From a virus, in the IMG/VR virus record IMGVR_UViG_3300030061_003170: a stretch of 64,000 nt of DNA; one strand, given 5' to 3'. Position numbers and translations under genes: made by a program. How positions within the stretch are numbered: the first letter of the stretch is position 1; every line of letters starts with the position of its first letter. The notes under the pieces were generated by a model. The model was not told the DNA's origin and did not search any database. It saw only the letters and a program-made list of their open reading frames with translations. Below, piece after piece: positions 20,961 to 30,835 of this stretch.

Positions 20961-21253
20961 TTATCTTCTTTCTCGGAATTCTGTATTGCATCAAAAATCC
21001 CTGCGAAGTCCTTATCGGTCAATTCGTCAGAAGTGTTTTCACCTTTTTTCATAAGGCCACACAACTTGACCAACTGCTCGTTGGACCTCTGCAGGGTTTC
21101 TACATACTTTGCCAAAACGCCACCAATTTGATTGTGTCGGGCCTCATCAACAGAAAGCCACTTGATGGCATCATCAAGCAACTCTCGTGTGATTTGTCGG
21201 TCTTCTTCAATGTTTTTAATGGCTTCTTTAATATGTTTTTCGCTATTACTCAT
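20957..21253 (-). CDS. Hypothetical helical protein
   Basis: ORF coupled to downstream gene. Confidence 0.65.
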   Translation of the reverse strand: MSNSEKHIKEAIKNIEEDRQITRELLDDAIKWLSVDEARHNQIGGVLAKYVETLQRSNEQLVKLCGLMKKGENTSDELTDKDFAGIFDAIQNSEKEDK

Positions 21254-21258
21254 ACATT

Positions 21259-21265
21259 TAAATAG
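21259..21265 (-). promoter_or_regulatory. Candidate late promoter CTATTTA heading the baseplate operon
   Basis: In the 19-bp gap after the sigma gene, 5 nt before the ATG at 21253. Confidence 0.55.
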
Positions 21266-21272
21266 GTTTCAG

Positions 21273-21974
21273 TTAGATTTTACCGTCATCCCAATCTACC
21301 TTAAACTCTCTGTACCTTTCCCTCATTTTGTTGAGTTGAGTTACAATTTGCTTGGTATTCATACCCGTGATTTCTCGTAGGTAAAGATAAATTGCTTTCT
21401 TGTTAAAGATGTCGATTTCCTCAACAGATGACAAAACAATTTTTACGGCTTCATAAACTTTTCGCTCTTGTTCTTTCTCAAAGTCAGAGTCCCAAGTGTC
21501 AATCTCTACCCATAAGTTGTTCCAAAACTCAGTGTTTATGGACTCCCTTATAAATTGATCCCCAGGGTCCACAAAGTTAGTTTGAAGTTCCAACTCTGCT
21601 TCCTCATAAGGCACCTCACGCTGTAAACGCTTAGTGTTCTTTTTTACTTTGTGAATAAACCAATTTTTTGTGATAACTGAAAAGTACGAGAACGCTTTTG
21701 AGCCTCTGTTCGGATCGTACTTGTCTAAAATTGTTGTTAACCATACCTTGCACTCCATTCTAAGTTCGTCAATGTTTGGGAGAGAGGTAAACTTGTACGC
21801 GAATACAATTTTATCAACCATTTCGTTAAAGGCTGGTTGAATCCAATCTCCATATAATACCTCTTTCTCTGCTCGGTCTTCAGAGACACAATACTTAAGA
21901 ATTGCGTTCTCGTGATCCTGCGTAAAATACATTCTCCCCATAGGGTTTTTGCTCCTCGATTTCTTCTTCACCAT
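21273..21974 (-). CDS. Phage late-transcription sigma factor, T4 gp55-like
   Basis: YFTQDHENAI N-terminus; KYDPNRGSKAFSYFSVITKNWF region-2 motif. Confidence 0.8.
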   Translation of the reverse strand: MVKKKSRSKNPMGRMYFTQDHENAILKYCVSEDRAEKEVLYGDWIQPAFNEMVDKIVFAYKFTSLPNIDELRMECKVWLTTILDKYDPNRGSKAFSYFSVITKNWFIHKVKKNTKRLQREVPYEEAELELQTNFVDPGDQFIRESINTEFWNNLWVEIDTWDSDFEKEQERKVYEAVKIVLSSVEEIDIFNKKAIYLYLREITGMNTKQIVTQLNKMRERYREFKVDWDDGKI

Positions 21975-22287
21975 CAGACTCCTCGGAAAATTCGATCTCT
22001 AAAGCCTCTGTCAACGATGACACGTCCGCGTACTCTTCTTCCAAAATAGTAATAAGAGAACGTGTATGGGCGAAAAGGTGTTGGATGTTTTCGTCCCCAT
22101 AATACGTATCAAGTTGATAGATAGCCTTAAGATGATCACGATAATTAGCAACTAATTCAACTAAATCCCCAATATTTTGAGAAACATAGGTAATTCTTGT
22201 TGATTGCTCTCGTGAAAACCAGATCAAAAACCCATTAAGAATGAGTGAGATTGTTAATGCAAATATAAGCCATAGTTCTAATGTCAT
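21895..22287 (-). CDS. Membrane-anchored hypothetical protein
   Basis: N-terminal hydrophobic helix LWLIFALTISLILNGFLIWF; start probably MTLEL. Confidence 0.6.
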   Translation of the reverse strand: MTLELWLIFALTISLILNGFLIWFSREQSTRITYVSQNIGDLVELVANYRDHLKAIYQLDTYYGDENIQHLFAHTRSLITILEEEYADVSSLTEALEIEFSEESDGEEEIEEQKPYGENVFYAGSRERNS

Positions 22288-22550
22288 GTGTTTGGTTCCC
22301 AATTATTGTTGCGTGCCCTCTTTTTTTCTTGTTCAAGAATCGCTCTATTTTCCTCTATAGCGTTCTTAACTTCGTCCCCTACCTTACCACCTTCCGACTT
22401 GTTTTCTCGACGAATATGAGGCATTTCAGGCACCCTATAGACAGTTTCCTGTCCACAGTGAAGACACTTGTTGTGTTCTTCGCTCATTCCATGATAAAGG
22501 TAGTATCCCTGATCACAAGATGGGCAGTTATAGTGATACTTTGGCATCAC
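22284..22550 (-). CDS. FmdB-family zinc-ribbon protein
   Basis: MPKYHYNCPSC...CLHCG. Confidence 0.75.
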   Translation of the reverse strand: MMPKYHYNCPSCDQGYYLYHGMSEEHNKCLHCGQETVYRVPEMPHIRRENKSEGGKVGDEVKNAIEENRAILEQEKKRARNNNWEPNT

Positions 22551-22756
22551 TCATCTCCTGTAAGGATTGTCGGTGTCGCCTTGGCTTGAGGAACTTTCAC
22601 GGTTGGTGGATTAACGATTACAAGTTCCCCTGCATCATCTACCTGTACCTTGAATCCTCGAAGGACCGGTGTGATGTCCGATTGCTCCATAAGAGATTTT
22701 TGAAGGGCCATCATAATTGCTCCGACGGCTTGGTTTGATAATTTATGATCTTTCAT
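22547..22756 (-). CDS. Hypothetical protein
   Basis: Coupled ORF with GGAG RBS. Confidence 0.6.
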   Translation of the reverse strand: MKDHKLSNQAVGAIMMALQKSLMEQSDITPVLRGFKVQVDDAGELVIVNPPTVKVPQAKATPTILTGDE

Positions 22757-23357
22757 TTTTTTGCTCCTTAAAATTTAAAATAAAATCAATATCTTTCCTG
22801 TACATTTTTAAAACCATACGTGAAAGTTCTTTGTTGTTTCTTAGATACTGTGATATTGTGGATTTTGCAACACCAGAGTTTTTGTTATAATGACTAGAAT
22901 TAATAATAGAAAATTCATTCTCTAGAAGTAAATTGGTCTCTTCTATTTTATAGACCTTATCTATTACAATGTTATTGTCTAAGTCTGTCATATAAAACAT
23001 TTGTGGTTCAATATGTGCATCAAAAAAACCATAATCATGCACCTCTTCTATGAAAGAGTAAAATCTTTTTGGCTCACCATGTATCTTAAAAAATTTTTTT
23101 TTCCTAGTCTCTACGCCATCGCCAAGCGCTCTCTTGTTTATCTCAATATATGCACTGCAAAATCTTTCGAAAGGATCCCTAACAACACATATCGTTTTAT
23201 AGTTTTCTAATATTGTTGGGTCATCCAAAAAGTTTGAAACTCTATAGTCAGGGTTTAATCTTCTAATTGTTGTGCTGCTGTTTTTAGGTATAGGCACGAA
23301 ACATATGCCTTTGTCTTCATAAATATAAGAAAGACCCTTGGCATGGTTATAGGCCAT
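22743..23357 (-). CDS. Sulfotransferase (Sulfotransfer_2 type)
   Basis: PAPS-binding motifs FVPIPKNSSTT and VVRDPFERFCSAY; HIEPQ. Confidence 0.8.
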   Translation of the reverse strand: MAYNHAKGLSYIYEDKGICFVPIPKNSSTTIRRLNPDYRVSNFLDDPTILENYKTICVVRDPFERFCSAYIEINKRALGDGVETRKKKFFKIHGEPKRFYSFIEEVHDYGFFDAHIEPQMFYMTDLDNNIVIDKVYKIEETNLLLENEFSIINSSHYNKNSGVAKSTISQYLRNNKELSRMVLKMYRKDIDFILNFKEQKNERS

Positions 23358-24204
23358 TTTTTATCTCCTGTACATAGTCAAACAACTGACGTTTGGGTTG
23401 CCAATCTAATTCCTTTATCGACTCTGAGATGTCTGCTAGGGTATTTCTTGCCTCTCCTGGTCTCGCTGGTAGATGTTTCTTTTCGCCACCAAACATGTCT
23501 GCCAGTTCATTTATCGAATAGTTCCTTCCTGTCCCAAGATTATAAACTTTACATTCCCTGTCTTTTTTTGAAATAGCGATTAGGCCGGAACATATGTCAT
23601 AAACGTGTGTAAAGTCCCTTCTTTGCATGCCATCCCCGACTATTGTCAGGGGGCTTTTGTTCTTCATCTGTTCTTCAAAGATTGCCACGACAGGTGTGTA
23701 TTGTCCAATTCTAGGGTTTCTTGGTCCGTAAACATTAAAAAACCTTGCAATCCCACTCTTGATTCCATAAACTTTTGTGTACATTTTAATAGTTTCTTCC
23801 CCCTGCCATTTTGCAAAAGCATATGGGTTAAGATAAACCCCTCCATAAAACGAACTGGATCCTGCATAAACCACCATGCAGTTATTTTTTCTAGCGTATT
23901 CACAAACAACAGCAGTACCATAAGAATTGTTTTCACAAGTATATAAAGGATCATCAAAAGATGGCTGTATTCTTGCTTCTGCTGCGATATGAAAAATTAC
24001 CTCTACACCCTCAAGACCTATTGATGGGGTGGACAAATATTTCTTAAAATCATCAAATATATATTTTGCAGATGGGTTGCAATTTTCTTTTTTGCCATAA
24101 GATAAATCGTCAATGACAATTACTTCATATGATTGCTCTATCAAAAGATCTACCAAATTACTGCCGACAAAACCACAGCCACCTGTTACTATAACTTTCT
24201 TCAT
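23347..24204 (-). CDS. NAD-dependent nucleotide-sugar epimerase/dehydratase
   Basis: VTGGCGFVGSN, YAFAK (YxxxK), RFFNVYGP, QRRDFTHV. Confidence 0.9.
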   Translation of the reverse strand: MKKVIVTGGCGFVGSNLVDLLIEQSYEVIVIDDLSYGKKENCNPSAKYIFDDFKKYLSTPSIGLEGVEVIFHIAAEARIQPSFDDPLYTCENNSYGTAVVCEYARKNNCMVVYAGSSSFYGGVYLNPYAFAKWQGEETIKMYTKVYGIKSGIARFFNVYGPRNPRIGQYTPVVAIFEEQMKNKSPLTIVGDGMQRRDFTHVYDICSGLIAISKKDRECKVYNLGTGRNYSINELADMFGGEKKHLPARPGEARNTLADISESIKELDWQPKRQLFDYVQEIKNGL

Positions 24205-24220
24205 ACAAACCCCAAAACTA

Positions 24221-25198
24221 TTACAAATTATTCTCTTTTTTGATCTTTTCTAGATCTGCAAAATACATTGCCTCCGCTAGTCCTCGCAGTTCGTATTTAG
24301 GTTCCCAGCCCAACTCAAGTTTTGCTTTTGAAGGATCTCCTAGCAGTAATGGAACCTCATGTGGCCTAAATAACTTTGGATCTATTTCAACGTAGTCTTC
24401 AACTGATAAGTCGGCTATTTCAAAGACTTGATGCAGAAACTGTTTTACTGTATATGTTTTTCCCGTTGCCACAACATAATCACCTGGTGTATCTTTCTGT
24501 AGCATTAGCCACATTGCATTTACGTAATCTTCAGCATGACCCCAATCTCTTTTTGCATCTAGGTTTCCTAGGTATAACTTGTCTTGTAATCCTAGTTTTA
24601 TTCTTGCTGCTGCAATTGTTATCTTTCTGGTTACAAATGTTTCTCCTCTTCTAGGAGATTCATGGTTAAACAATATCCCACAAGAAATAAACATACCATA
24701 ACTTTTTCTGTAGTTATTACACAAATTGTGCGCAAATACTTTTGCACAAGCATATGGGCTGGCTGGCATTAGAGCAGTCTTTTCACTCTGTGGGTGTTCT
24801 GGGTTGTCACCAAACATTTCAGAAGATGATGCTTGATAAAATTTTATCGTTGGGTCAGTGTGCCTAATTGCCTCTAATATCCTCAAAGTTCCCATTGCAA
24901 TCGTAGCAACAGTTTCCTCTGGGGTCTCAAAGGAGACTTTCACGTGCGACTGGGCTGCTAGATTATAAAACTCATCAGGCTTATATTGCTGCAGTAATGA
25001 ATAGAGCACCCCGGAGTCATGAAGACTATAATATCTTAATATAAAATTCGGATTACTCATCAGATGATCAATTCTATCAGTACATATCAAAGAAGTTCTT
25101 CTCTTAAGGCCTACAACTCGATACCCCATTCCCAATAACATTTCGGACAAATAAGATCCATCCTGACCAGTAACTCCCGTTATAATTGCTGTCTTCAT
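24221..25198 (-). CDS. gmd: GDP-mannose 4,6-dehydratase
   Basis: ITGVTGQDGSYL, YNLAAQSHVKVSF, YQASSSEMFG, LFNHESPRRGETFVTRKI, RDWGHAEDY. Confidence 0.97.
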   Translation of the reverse strand: MKTAIITGVTGQDGSYLSEMLLGMGYRVVGLKRRTSLICTDRIDHLMSNPNFILRYYSLHDSGVLYSLLQQYKPDEFYNLAAQSHVKVSFETPEETVATIAMGTLRILEAIRHTDPTIKFYQASSSEMFGDNPEHPQSEKTALMPASPYACAKVFAHNLCNNYRKSYGMFISCGILFNHESPRRGETFVTRKITIAAARIKLGLQDKLYLGNLDAKRDWGHAEDYVNAMWLMLQKDTPGDYVVATGKTYTVKQFLHQVFEIADLSVEDYVEIDPKLFRPHEVPLLLGDPSKAKLELGWEPKYELRGLAEAMYFADLEKIKKENNL

Positions 25199-26355
25199 AC
25201 ACTCTCCCTAACTATATCAACCACCAGGTTGACCTCTTCCTCTGATAACTTATCATGGTTGGGTATATACAGGCCATTTTTGTCAACAACACTAGAGTTC
25301 TTTAAATTATTTTTCCCATAATTCTTGACATAAAAGGGCTGATTTCCCATAGAACCACAAATCAATGGTCGAACCTCTACATTATTTTTAATTAAATTTT
25401 CAACTATCTGAGTTCTGTTTTCATGAATTATAGGATATGCAAAGTTTGAAATATAATTTGTATCCTCAGAAATTATTGGAGATATATCACTAAACTTCTC
25501 ATTGTATATTTTGAAATTCCTGTTCCTGATTTTTGAGATCTGGTCTAGTTTGTCAATTTGGCCCAGGCCAATATAGGCTTGTAAATCAGTAGATCTTAAA
25601 TTAAACCCAGAATAATAAAAAGTATATAAAGAATCAAATTCGCTAGTGTTCCACTCTGTCAGATGGCGTTCTCGAAACGATTTACTCGAGTCTCTCGTCC
25701 AGCCGTGGCTCCTAATTGCCTTTAGGACTTCATATAACTCTTCATCATCTGTGCTGACAAAACCGCCTTCAATCGTAGAAATATGATGACCAAAGTAAGT
25801 GGAAAAACTAGACATCAGGCCAAAGGTGCCTAATTTCTTATCTCTAAACTTAGAACCCATGCTCTCGCAAGTGTCTTCTAGAAGAATTACGTTATTTTCA
25901 TCACATATATCCTTCAAAGATTGCATGTCGGGGACCAAGCCTAAGACTGAAACCAGTAACAAGACATGGGGTTGATCTTCTCTAATTATTTGCTTTAAAT
26001 GATCTATATCAACAGACAAGTCTTTCATGTTACAATCACAAATAATCGGCTCAAAGCCAAGTTGTATAACTGGTGATAAATCTGTCGCCCAGGAAATCGC
26101 TGGTACTATGATTTTTGCATTCCTAGGTATTCTACCGGCCTCATACAGTGCCCACAACATCAGTAAATTTGCTGAAGATCCTGAGTTACAAAAAACAGTA
26201 TTGTTAACTCCTAACCAATTAGACCACTTATTTTCCAACTGAATTGTTACTGGGCCTTTTGTAAGTCTTGGCGGGACATCGGTTGATAGCCACGCCACTA
26301 ATCTCTCTATATCTTCTTTTGAGATTGTGTCGTCAACTAGTGTAATTTTTTTCAT
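25195..26355 (-). CDS. colD: PLP-dependent DegT-family enzyme, probable GDP-4-keto-6-deoxymannose 3-dehydratase
   Basis: NSGSSANLL, LEDTCESMG, STYFGHHISTIEGG with His where aminotransferases have the Schiff-base Lys; flanked by gmd and fcl-like genes. Confidence 0.75.
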   Translation of the reverse strand: MKKITLVDDTISKEDIERLVAWLSTDVPPRLTKGPVTIQLENKWSNWLGVNNTVFCNSGSSANLLMLWALYEAGRIPRNAKIIVPAISWATDLSPVIQLGFEPIICDCNMKDLSVDIDHLKQIIREDQPHVLLLVSVLGLVPDMQSLKDICDENNVILLEDTCESMGSKFRDKKLGTFGLMSSFSTYFGHHISTIEGGFVSTDDEELYEVLKAIRSHGWTRDSSKSFRERHLTEWNTSEFDSLYTFYYSGFNLRSTDLQAYIGLGQIDKLDQISKIRNRNFKIYNEKFSDISPIISEDTNYISNFAYPIIHENRTQIVENLIKNNVEVRPLICGSMGNQPFYVKNYGKNNLKNSSVVDKNGLYIPNHDKLSEEEVNLVVDIVRESV

Positions 26356-26382
26356 TTAAACTCCAAAAAAAGACTTTTATAT

Positions 26383-26411
26383 ATTATAACCCGTTTTCAC
26401 AAGTTAGTCAA
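26383..26411 (-). promoter_or_regulatory. sigma70-type promoter TTGACT-N17-TATAAT
   Basis: Read directly; upstream of colD-gmd block. Confidence 0.75.
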
Positions 26412-27315
26412 GTGTTTTTATGTATGAATTGTAAGTTTTTTTAACCCCCTCGCTAAAACTTGTGAATTCAAAGTCTCCAATGAGTTTTTTTAACTGATCA
26501 TTGCTGCCGTCTTTTCTAAACTGACCGTCTAGCATACCATTGAATCTAAAATCAACCTCTTTGTCTATATTTTTCTCTAATATTCTACACATTTCAGATA
26601 TTGATAAATTTTCATTTGGGGCTACAATAATAGGGATTCTAGTGTTATGTTTTTCTAGCAGCATAGGTATTATTCTGCACAAATCATCAACATACAACTG
26701 TTGCCTTAAAGGTCTCCCAGTTCCCCAGAAGGTCAATGTCTCTCCTGTTTTGCAGACTGCTACTTTATGGATCAAAGAGGCTACAAAATGCGAGGACATT
26801 GTTCCAAAATAATCACCAATACCGTATATGTTGGATGGACTAAAAGTTGAATAATTTAAGCCATATTGCTCTCTATATGAAATTGACTGAACATGTAACG
26901 CTCTTTTCGTATATCCATATGAAAAGTTTGTTTCGGCGGGTGGGCCTAAAAACAAATCAGACTCAGAAAAAGGGTAAGACATACCTTCGTCTGGGAAGGC
27001 ACAGGTGCTAAGTGATGATAAAACTCTTTTCACGCCACATAAATGAGCCGCATGTAAAAGATTGGTGTTTATAACGGTATTTTCATAAAAAAATTCTGCC
27101 TGGTTTTCTTTATTGTCTTTTATTCCACCAACTCTAGCAGCCAAATGCACTATTGCATTAGGCTTGGTCTGTTCTAAATAATTAATTGTGGAATCTATAC
27201 TTAGTAGATTACAATCTTTTGAAGAACAATAGTTCCAATCTGGTCTGAAATGTTTTAAACGTTTGCCAACAAAACCAGAACCTCCAGTTACTAGAACACT
27301 ATTATACTTGCTCAT
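26404..27315 (-). CDS. fcl: GDP-L-fucose/GDP-L-colitose synthase (3,5-epimerase/4-reductase)
   Basis: VTGGSGFVG, HLAARVGGI, STCAFP, YGYTK, SHFVASLIHK, WGTGRPLRQ. Confidence 0.85.
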   Translation of the reverse strand: MSKYNSVLVTGGSGFVGKRLKHFRPDWNYCSSKDCNLLSIDSTINYLEQTKPNAIVHLAARVGGIKDNKENQAEFFYENTVINTNLLHAAHLCGVKRVLSSLSTCAFPDEGMSYPFSESDLFLGPPAETNFSYGYTKRALHVQSISYREQYGLNYSTFSPSNIYGIGDYFGTMSSHFVASLIHKVAVCKTGETLTFWGTGRPLRQQLYVDDLCRIIPMLLEKHNTRIPIIVAPNENLSISEMCRILEKNIDKEVDFRFNGMLDGQFRKDGSNDQLKKLIGDFEFTSFSEGVKKTYNSYIKTLD

Positions 27316-27893
27316 TTCGCCCTCAAAGGAGAATCTACCATTCTAATTTTTTCGTCTCTAATTGAAGGGCATCGATTACCAGTTCTATGGATCAGATCGT
27401 AAAAAATCATCATAATTGAGACCTCAACAGTATGAAAATACTTACATTTTATTGATAGTTCGTCAATGTTGTCTTGTAAGTTTTCAGAAGTTTCACCGCT
27501 AATTAGAAATGTTCCCATGCCACGATTATCTGCCCAGTGTAGGGCATTAATAACATTGGAAGAATTACCAGAGCAAGATAGGCCTATAACCAAGCAGTCT
27601 TCTGGGTTTTCGATTGTCGCTATGCTTTCCAACCATCTAATGAAAAGTTGCTCAAATCCATGGTCATTTGCATTTGAGGTAATGAACCCCACACTATCAA
27701 ACGAGTACACGGATTTATCTGGTATTAGCCTAGACATATCAGTTGACATATGACATGCCACAAAATGAAGACCACCATTTCCAACCAAGTAAATCTTCTT
27801 GGCTCCATTTACTTTATCAATTAATTTTTGATACTCTTCTGAAGAAGAAGCCTGGTTACACTTTTCTTGTATATTTTCAAAATCTATCAACAT
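27312..27893 (-). CDS. SIS-domain sugar-phosphate isomerase, GmhA-like
   Basis: YLVGNGG, ITSNANDHGF, GLSCSGNSSNVINAL; start at second Met (TAATG coupling). Confidence 0.8.
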   Translation of the reverse strand: MLIDFENIQEKCNQASSSEEYQKLIDKVNGAKKIYLVGNGGLHFVACHMSTDMSRLIPDKSVYSFDSVGFITSNANDHGFEQLFIRWLESIATIENPEDCLVIGLSCSGNSSNVINALHWADNRGMGTFLISGETSENLQDNIDELSIKCKYFHTVEVSIMMIFYDLIHRTGNRCPSIRDEKIRMVDSPLRAK

Positions 27894-29065
27894 TATAAAC
27901 CTCCACATGTTTTGTTAATAATAGATATAAATTGTTCTATTTCATCGTAAGAAATTGCCAAATTTGGTCTCAACCTAACCGATTTTTCACCAGTCTTGTT
28001 GCAAATCAATCCATTTTGATACAATTTGCTTACCAATTCATCCCTTTCCTTTGTGTTTACTAAATCAAACGCCATAATTAGCCCGGACGATCTCAAGTTT
28101 AAAAGTCTCTTTGTCTTGTTTAAGTTATTGATTAAGTATTCACTCTTTTCAGCAACCTTTTCAATGATTTCATATTTTTTGTATGCCCTCATTATATATT
28201 TGCATCTTATCATGTCTACCGCATCACCGTCCCAAGTTACTTGTAACCTAGTGATGTTACTTTTGTCAAATATTTTATTACATTTATCGTTTACCATAAT
28301 GCCAGATAATTGTGTTTTTTTGCCAAAAATTACAATGTCAGGGACTATACCAGTGTGCTCATAAAACCAAAGTTTACCGGTGCTACCGAAACCTACTTGT
28401 ATTTCATCAAACACTAAAGGAACATCGTATTTATCACAAAGGCGCCTCAATCCTGTAAAGAAAATAATGTCTTGATGTATATCTCCTGCGCTACACTGTA
28501 TTGGTTCTACTAAAACACAAGTTACAAAATTTTTATGCAAATAAGACTCAATCTCTCTCAAATCACAATTTAGTTTTGTTGAAAAAGTTTCTGGGAGACC
28601 GTCTAATTTATTACTGGCAGGCCAGAAATGATCAGTCACAAAAGAACCAAAACTGTTTATCCCATGAAAACTATTTCTAAAAGATACTATGTTTGGCTTT
28701 TTATAGCCAGATCGATGTATGCAAGTCTTTATTGCGGCTTCAACTGCCAATGCACCCGTACAAGTATAGTGATAGTTATCGTAAATACCATTACCTGTAA
28801 ACTGTCTAAACTCTTTATCGAAACCTAAAGTTTCATTAGAAACAAACTCGCAATTATTTATCTTAAATGTAGAGGCTGCTAAAATCTCATCCCTGAATTC
28901 TTCAGAAAGAAAAATATCATGGTTATAACCTAGTGGAAGAGATGCATACATTCCAAAAAAATCTAAATATCTTCTCTCCGTATTATTGTCATAAAGATAA
29001 GACCCTTTTGATTTAGAGAAGTTAACGTTAATATTGAATTTACTGTTTCTGGCTAAACTTATCAT
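27893..29065 (-). CDS. Class III PLP aminotransferase (lysine-6-aminotransferase-like)
   Basis: YLDFF..ASLPLGYNH, TGALAVEAAIK, SFHG, VEPIQ, FDEIQVGFG, FGKKTQ. Confidence 0.85.
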   Translation of the reverse strand: MISLARNSKFNINVNFSKSKGSYLYDNNTERRYLDFFGMYASLPLGYNHDIFLSEEFRDEILAASTFKINNCEFVSNETLGFDKEFRQFTGNGIYDNYHYTCTGALAVEAAIKTCIHRSGYKKPNIVSFRNSFHGINSFGSFVTDHFWPASNKLDGLPETFSTKLNCDLREIESYLHKNFVTCVLVEPIQCSAGDIHQDIIFFTGLRRLCDKYDVPLVFDEIQVGFGSTGKLWFYEHTGIVPDIVIFGKKTQLSGIMVNDKCNKIFDKSNITRLQVTWDGDAVDMIRCKYIMRAYKKYEIIEKVAEKSEYLINNLNKTKRLLNLRSSGLIMAFDLVNTKERDELVSKLYQNGLICNKTGEKSVRLRPNLAISYDEIEQFISIINKTCGGL

Positions 29066-30117
29066 ACTCTATCCCCAATAAAATATTCTAATATTAGATT
29101 TTGCAATTCGCTCTTGTTTTGCACTTGATGAACGAATAGATCTCCAAAATCAGATGCCAATATACAAACAATTGTTTTTTCTATATTTTTCTTATCCTTC
29201 GACAAATACTCCATGTATTCATCAATCTCATCTTTTGTTATCAAAAACTCTGGTATATTTTTAAACAGGATTTGATTCATAAATTTATATCTCTCAAAAG
29301 ATAAAAAACCTAGTTTCCAAGAAACATAGTTGGCCAAATCCATCCCTAGAGTCACTGCTTGGCCATGAGGGATGCTGTAGTTGCTAAGAGTCTCAATTGC
29401 ATGACCAAAAGTGTGGCCATAATTAAAGACCCTCCTTAGGTTCGTATCAAACTCATCTATTTCAATTAATTTTTTCTTTATTGACAGACTTTCTCTAACA
29501 TACGGCATCAAAGAAGATCGGTCTGTGAAAAGACTTTCGTATTCTTCTTTGATTTTTAACGCCATAGAGTTGCCATCATAAATGTAGTAATGAAGCATCT
29601 CTCCAATGCCTGATTTAATCTCAGAGTCACTTAGTGTTTTCAGGAACTTTGTGCAGCAAATAATTTCTCTTGGTGGATAAAAAGTCCCGATAGAATTCTT
29701 GACATTTAAAAAGTTAATTGATGTCTTGCTTCCTATGCAACTGTCCGATTGAGATAACAATGTGGTGGGGTAAAAGACCCACTCTATACCTCTATACAAG
29801 ACAGATGAAATAAATCCTGTTATGTCCTGTATAATTCCTCCGCCAACGGCGATTAGTTTATGGTTTTTCTTCACACCCTTGTTAATTAAAAGACCAATTA
29901 AGTCTTGACAAAAAGGCAATGATTTATTGTCCTCTGTGGCTTCTATAATGATGACTTTTTCTGTCTTGAAGCCTGATGTGAGATGCGGGTACAACTCGTT
30001 AACAGTAGAATCAATTAGAACATAAGAGTCATCTGCCCATCGGTTTAAATTTACTTCTGAGTCGTAAAAATTAACTTCGTATTCTCTTCTATATGAGGAA
30101 ATTTTCATATTATACAT
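29062..30117 (-). CDS. Sugar-phosphate cyclase, 3-dehydroquinate synthase-like
   Basis: AVGGGIIQD, YRGI, PTTLLSQSDSCIGSK, KNSIGTFYPP, NYGHTFGHAIE, HGQAV, DKK. Confidence 0.88.
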   Translation of the reverse strand: MYNMKISSYRREYEVNFYDSEVNLNRWADDSYVLIDSTVNELYPHLTSGFKTEKVIIIEATEDNKSLPFCQDLIGLLINKGVKKNHKLIAVGGGIIQDITGFISSVLYRGIEWVFYPTTLLSQSDSCIGSKTSINFLNVKNSIGTFYPPREIICCTKFLKTLSDSEIKSGIGEMLHYYIYDGNSMALKIKEEYESLFTDRSSLMPYVRESLSIKKKLIEIDEFDTNLRRVFNYGHTFGHAIETLSNYSIPHGQAVTLGMDLANYVSWKLGFLSFERYKFMNQILFKNIPEFLITKDEIDEYMEYLSKDKKNIEKTIVCILASDFGDLFVHQVQNKSELQNLILEYFIGDRV

Positions 30118-30835
30118 TTGTAAATCCCCCGTCCACTACGATGTTTTGCCCAGAAATATAATTATTTTGATTACTAGCCATAAACATAACCACTTTTGAA
30201 ATATCACTTGGTGTTGCCATCCGGCCAATTGGTATGGTTTTTGCAATTTTAACCATCTCTGTTTCACCCAGAACTTCTCTTGTTAGATCAGTTAATGTAA
30301 AGCCAGGAGACACCGTGTTAACAAGGACATCATATTTTGCCAACTCTGCGGCTGCTGAAAGCGATAGGCCTACAAGGCCAAATTTACTAGAGGAATATGA
30401 TGCTCTATATTCCTTGCTTATTGTACCCCAAATAGATGAAATGTTTACTATTCTTCCATAGTTATGTCTCTTCATTGTATTTGAGATTGTTTTTATTATT
30501 CTGAATGGTGTTGTCAAATTTACTTTAATTATGGCATCCCAGTCTTCTTGTTGTACATCACCAATTGATGCAATCTTATTGATACCTGCATTGTTAATAC
30601 ACACATCAATCTTTTTATTTGAGAGGAAACTAATAAAGTTATCTACTGATTGTGAATCTAAAAAATCAACAGGGTATTTTTCAAAACCATCATTTAGTTG
30701 ATTTAAAGAAAGATCACTGGTGCCTGTTGCTATAATGTTTGCACCAGCGTGAAACATATCCTCGGCAATTTGCCTACCTATTCCTCTGGTGGCCCCTGTT
30801 ACCAAGACTGTCTGATTTTTAAAATCAATTTTCAT
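30110..30835 (-). CDS. Short-chain dehydrogenase/reductase (FabG-like)
   Basis: VTGATRGIG, NNAG, YSSSK, VSPG, IVVDGG. Confidence 0.9.
   Translation of the reverse strand: MKIDFKNQTVLVTGATRGIGRQIAEDMFHAGANIIATGTSDLSLNQLNDGFEKYPVDFLDSQSVDNFISFLSNKKIDVCINNAGINKIASIGDVQQEDWDAIIKVNLTTPFRIIKTISNTMKRHNYGRIVNISSIWGTISKEYRASYSSSKFGLVGLSLSAAAELAKYDVLVNTVSPGFTLTDLTREVLGETEMVKIAKTIPIGRMATPSDISKVVMFMASNQNNYISGQNIVVDGGFTNV

Noticed and set aside
29062-30117. aroB as a shikimate-pathway auxiliary gene
   Set aside because: No other aro genes in the window; embedded in a sugar-nucleotide block, so the symbol was withheld
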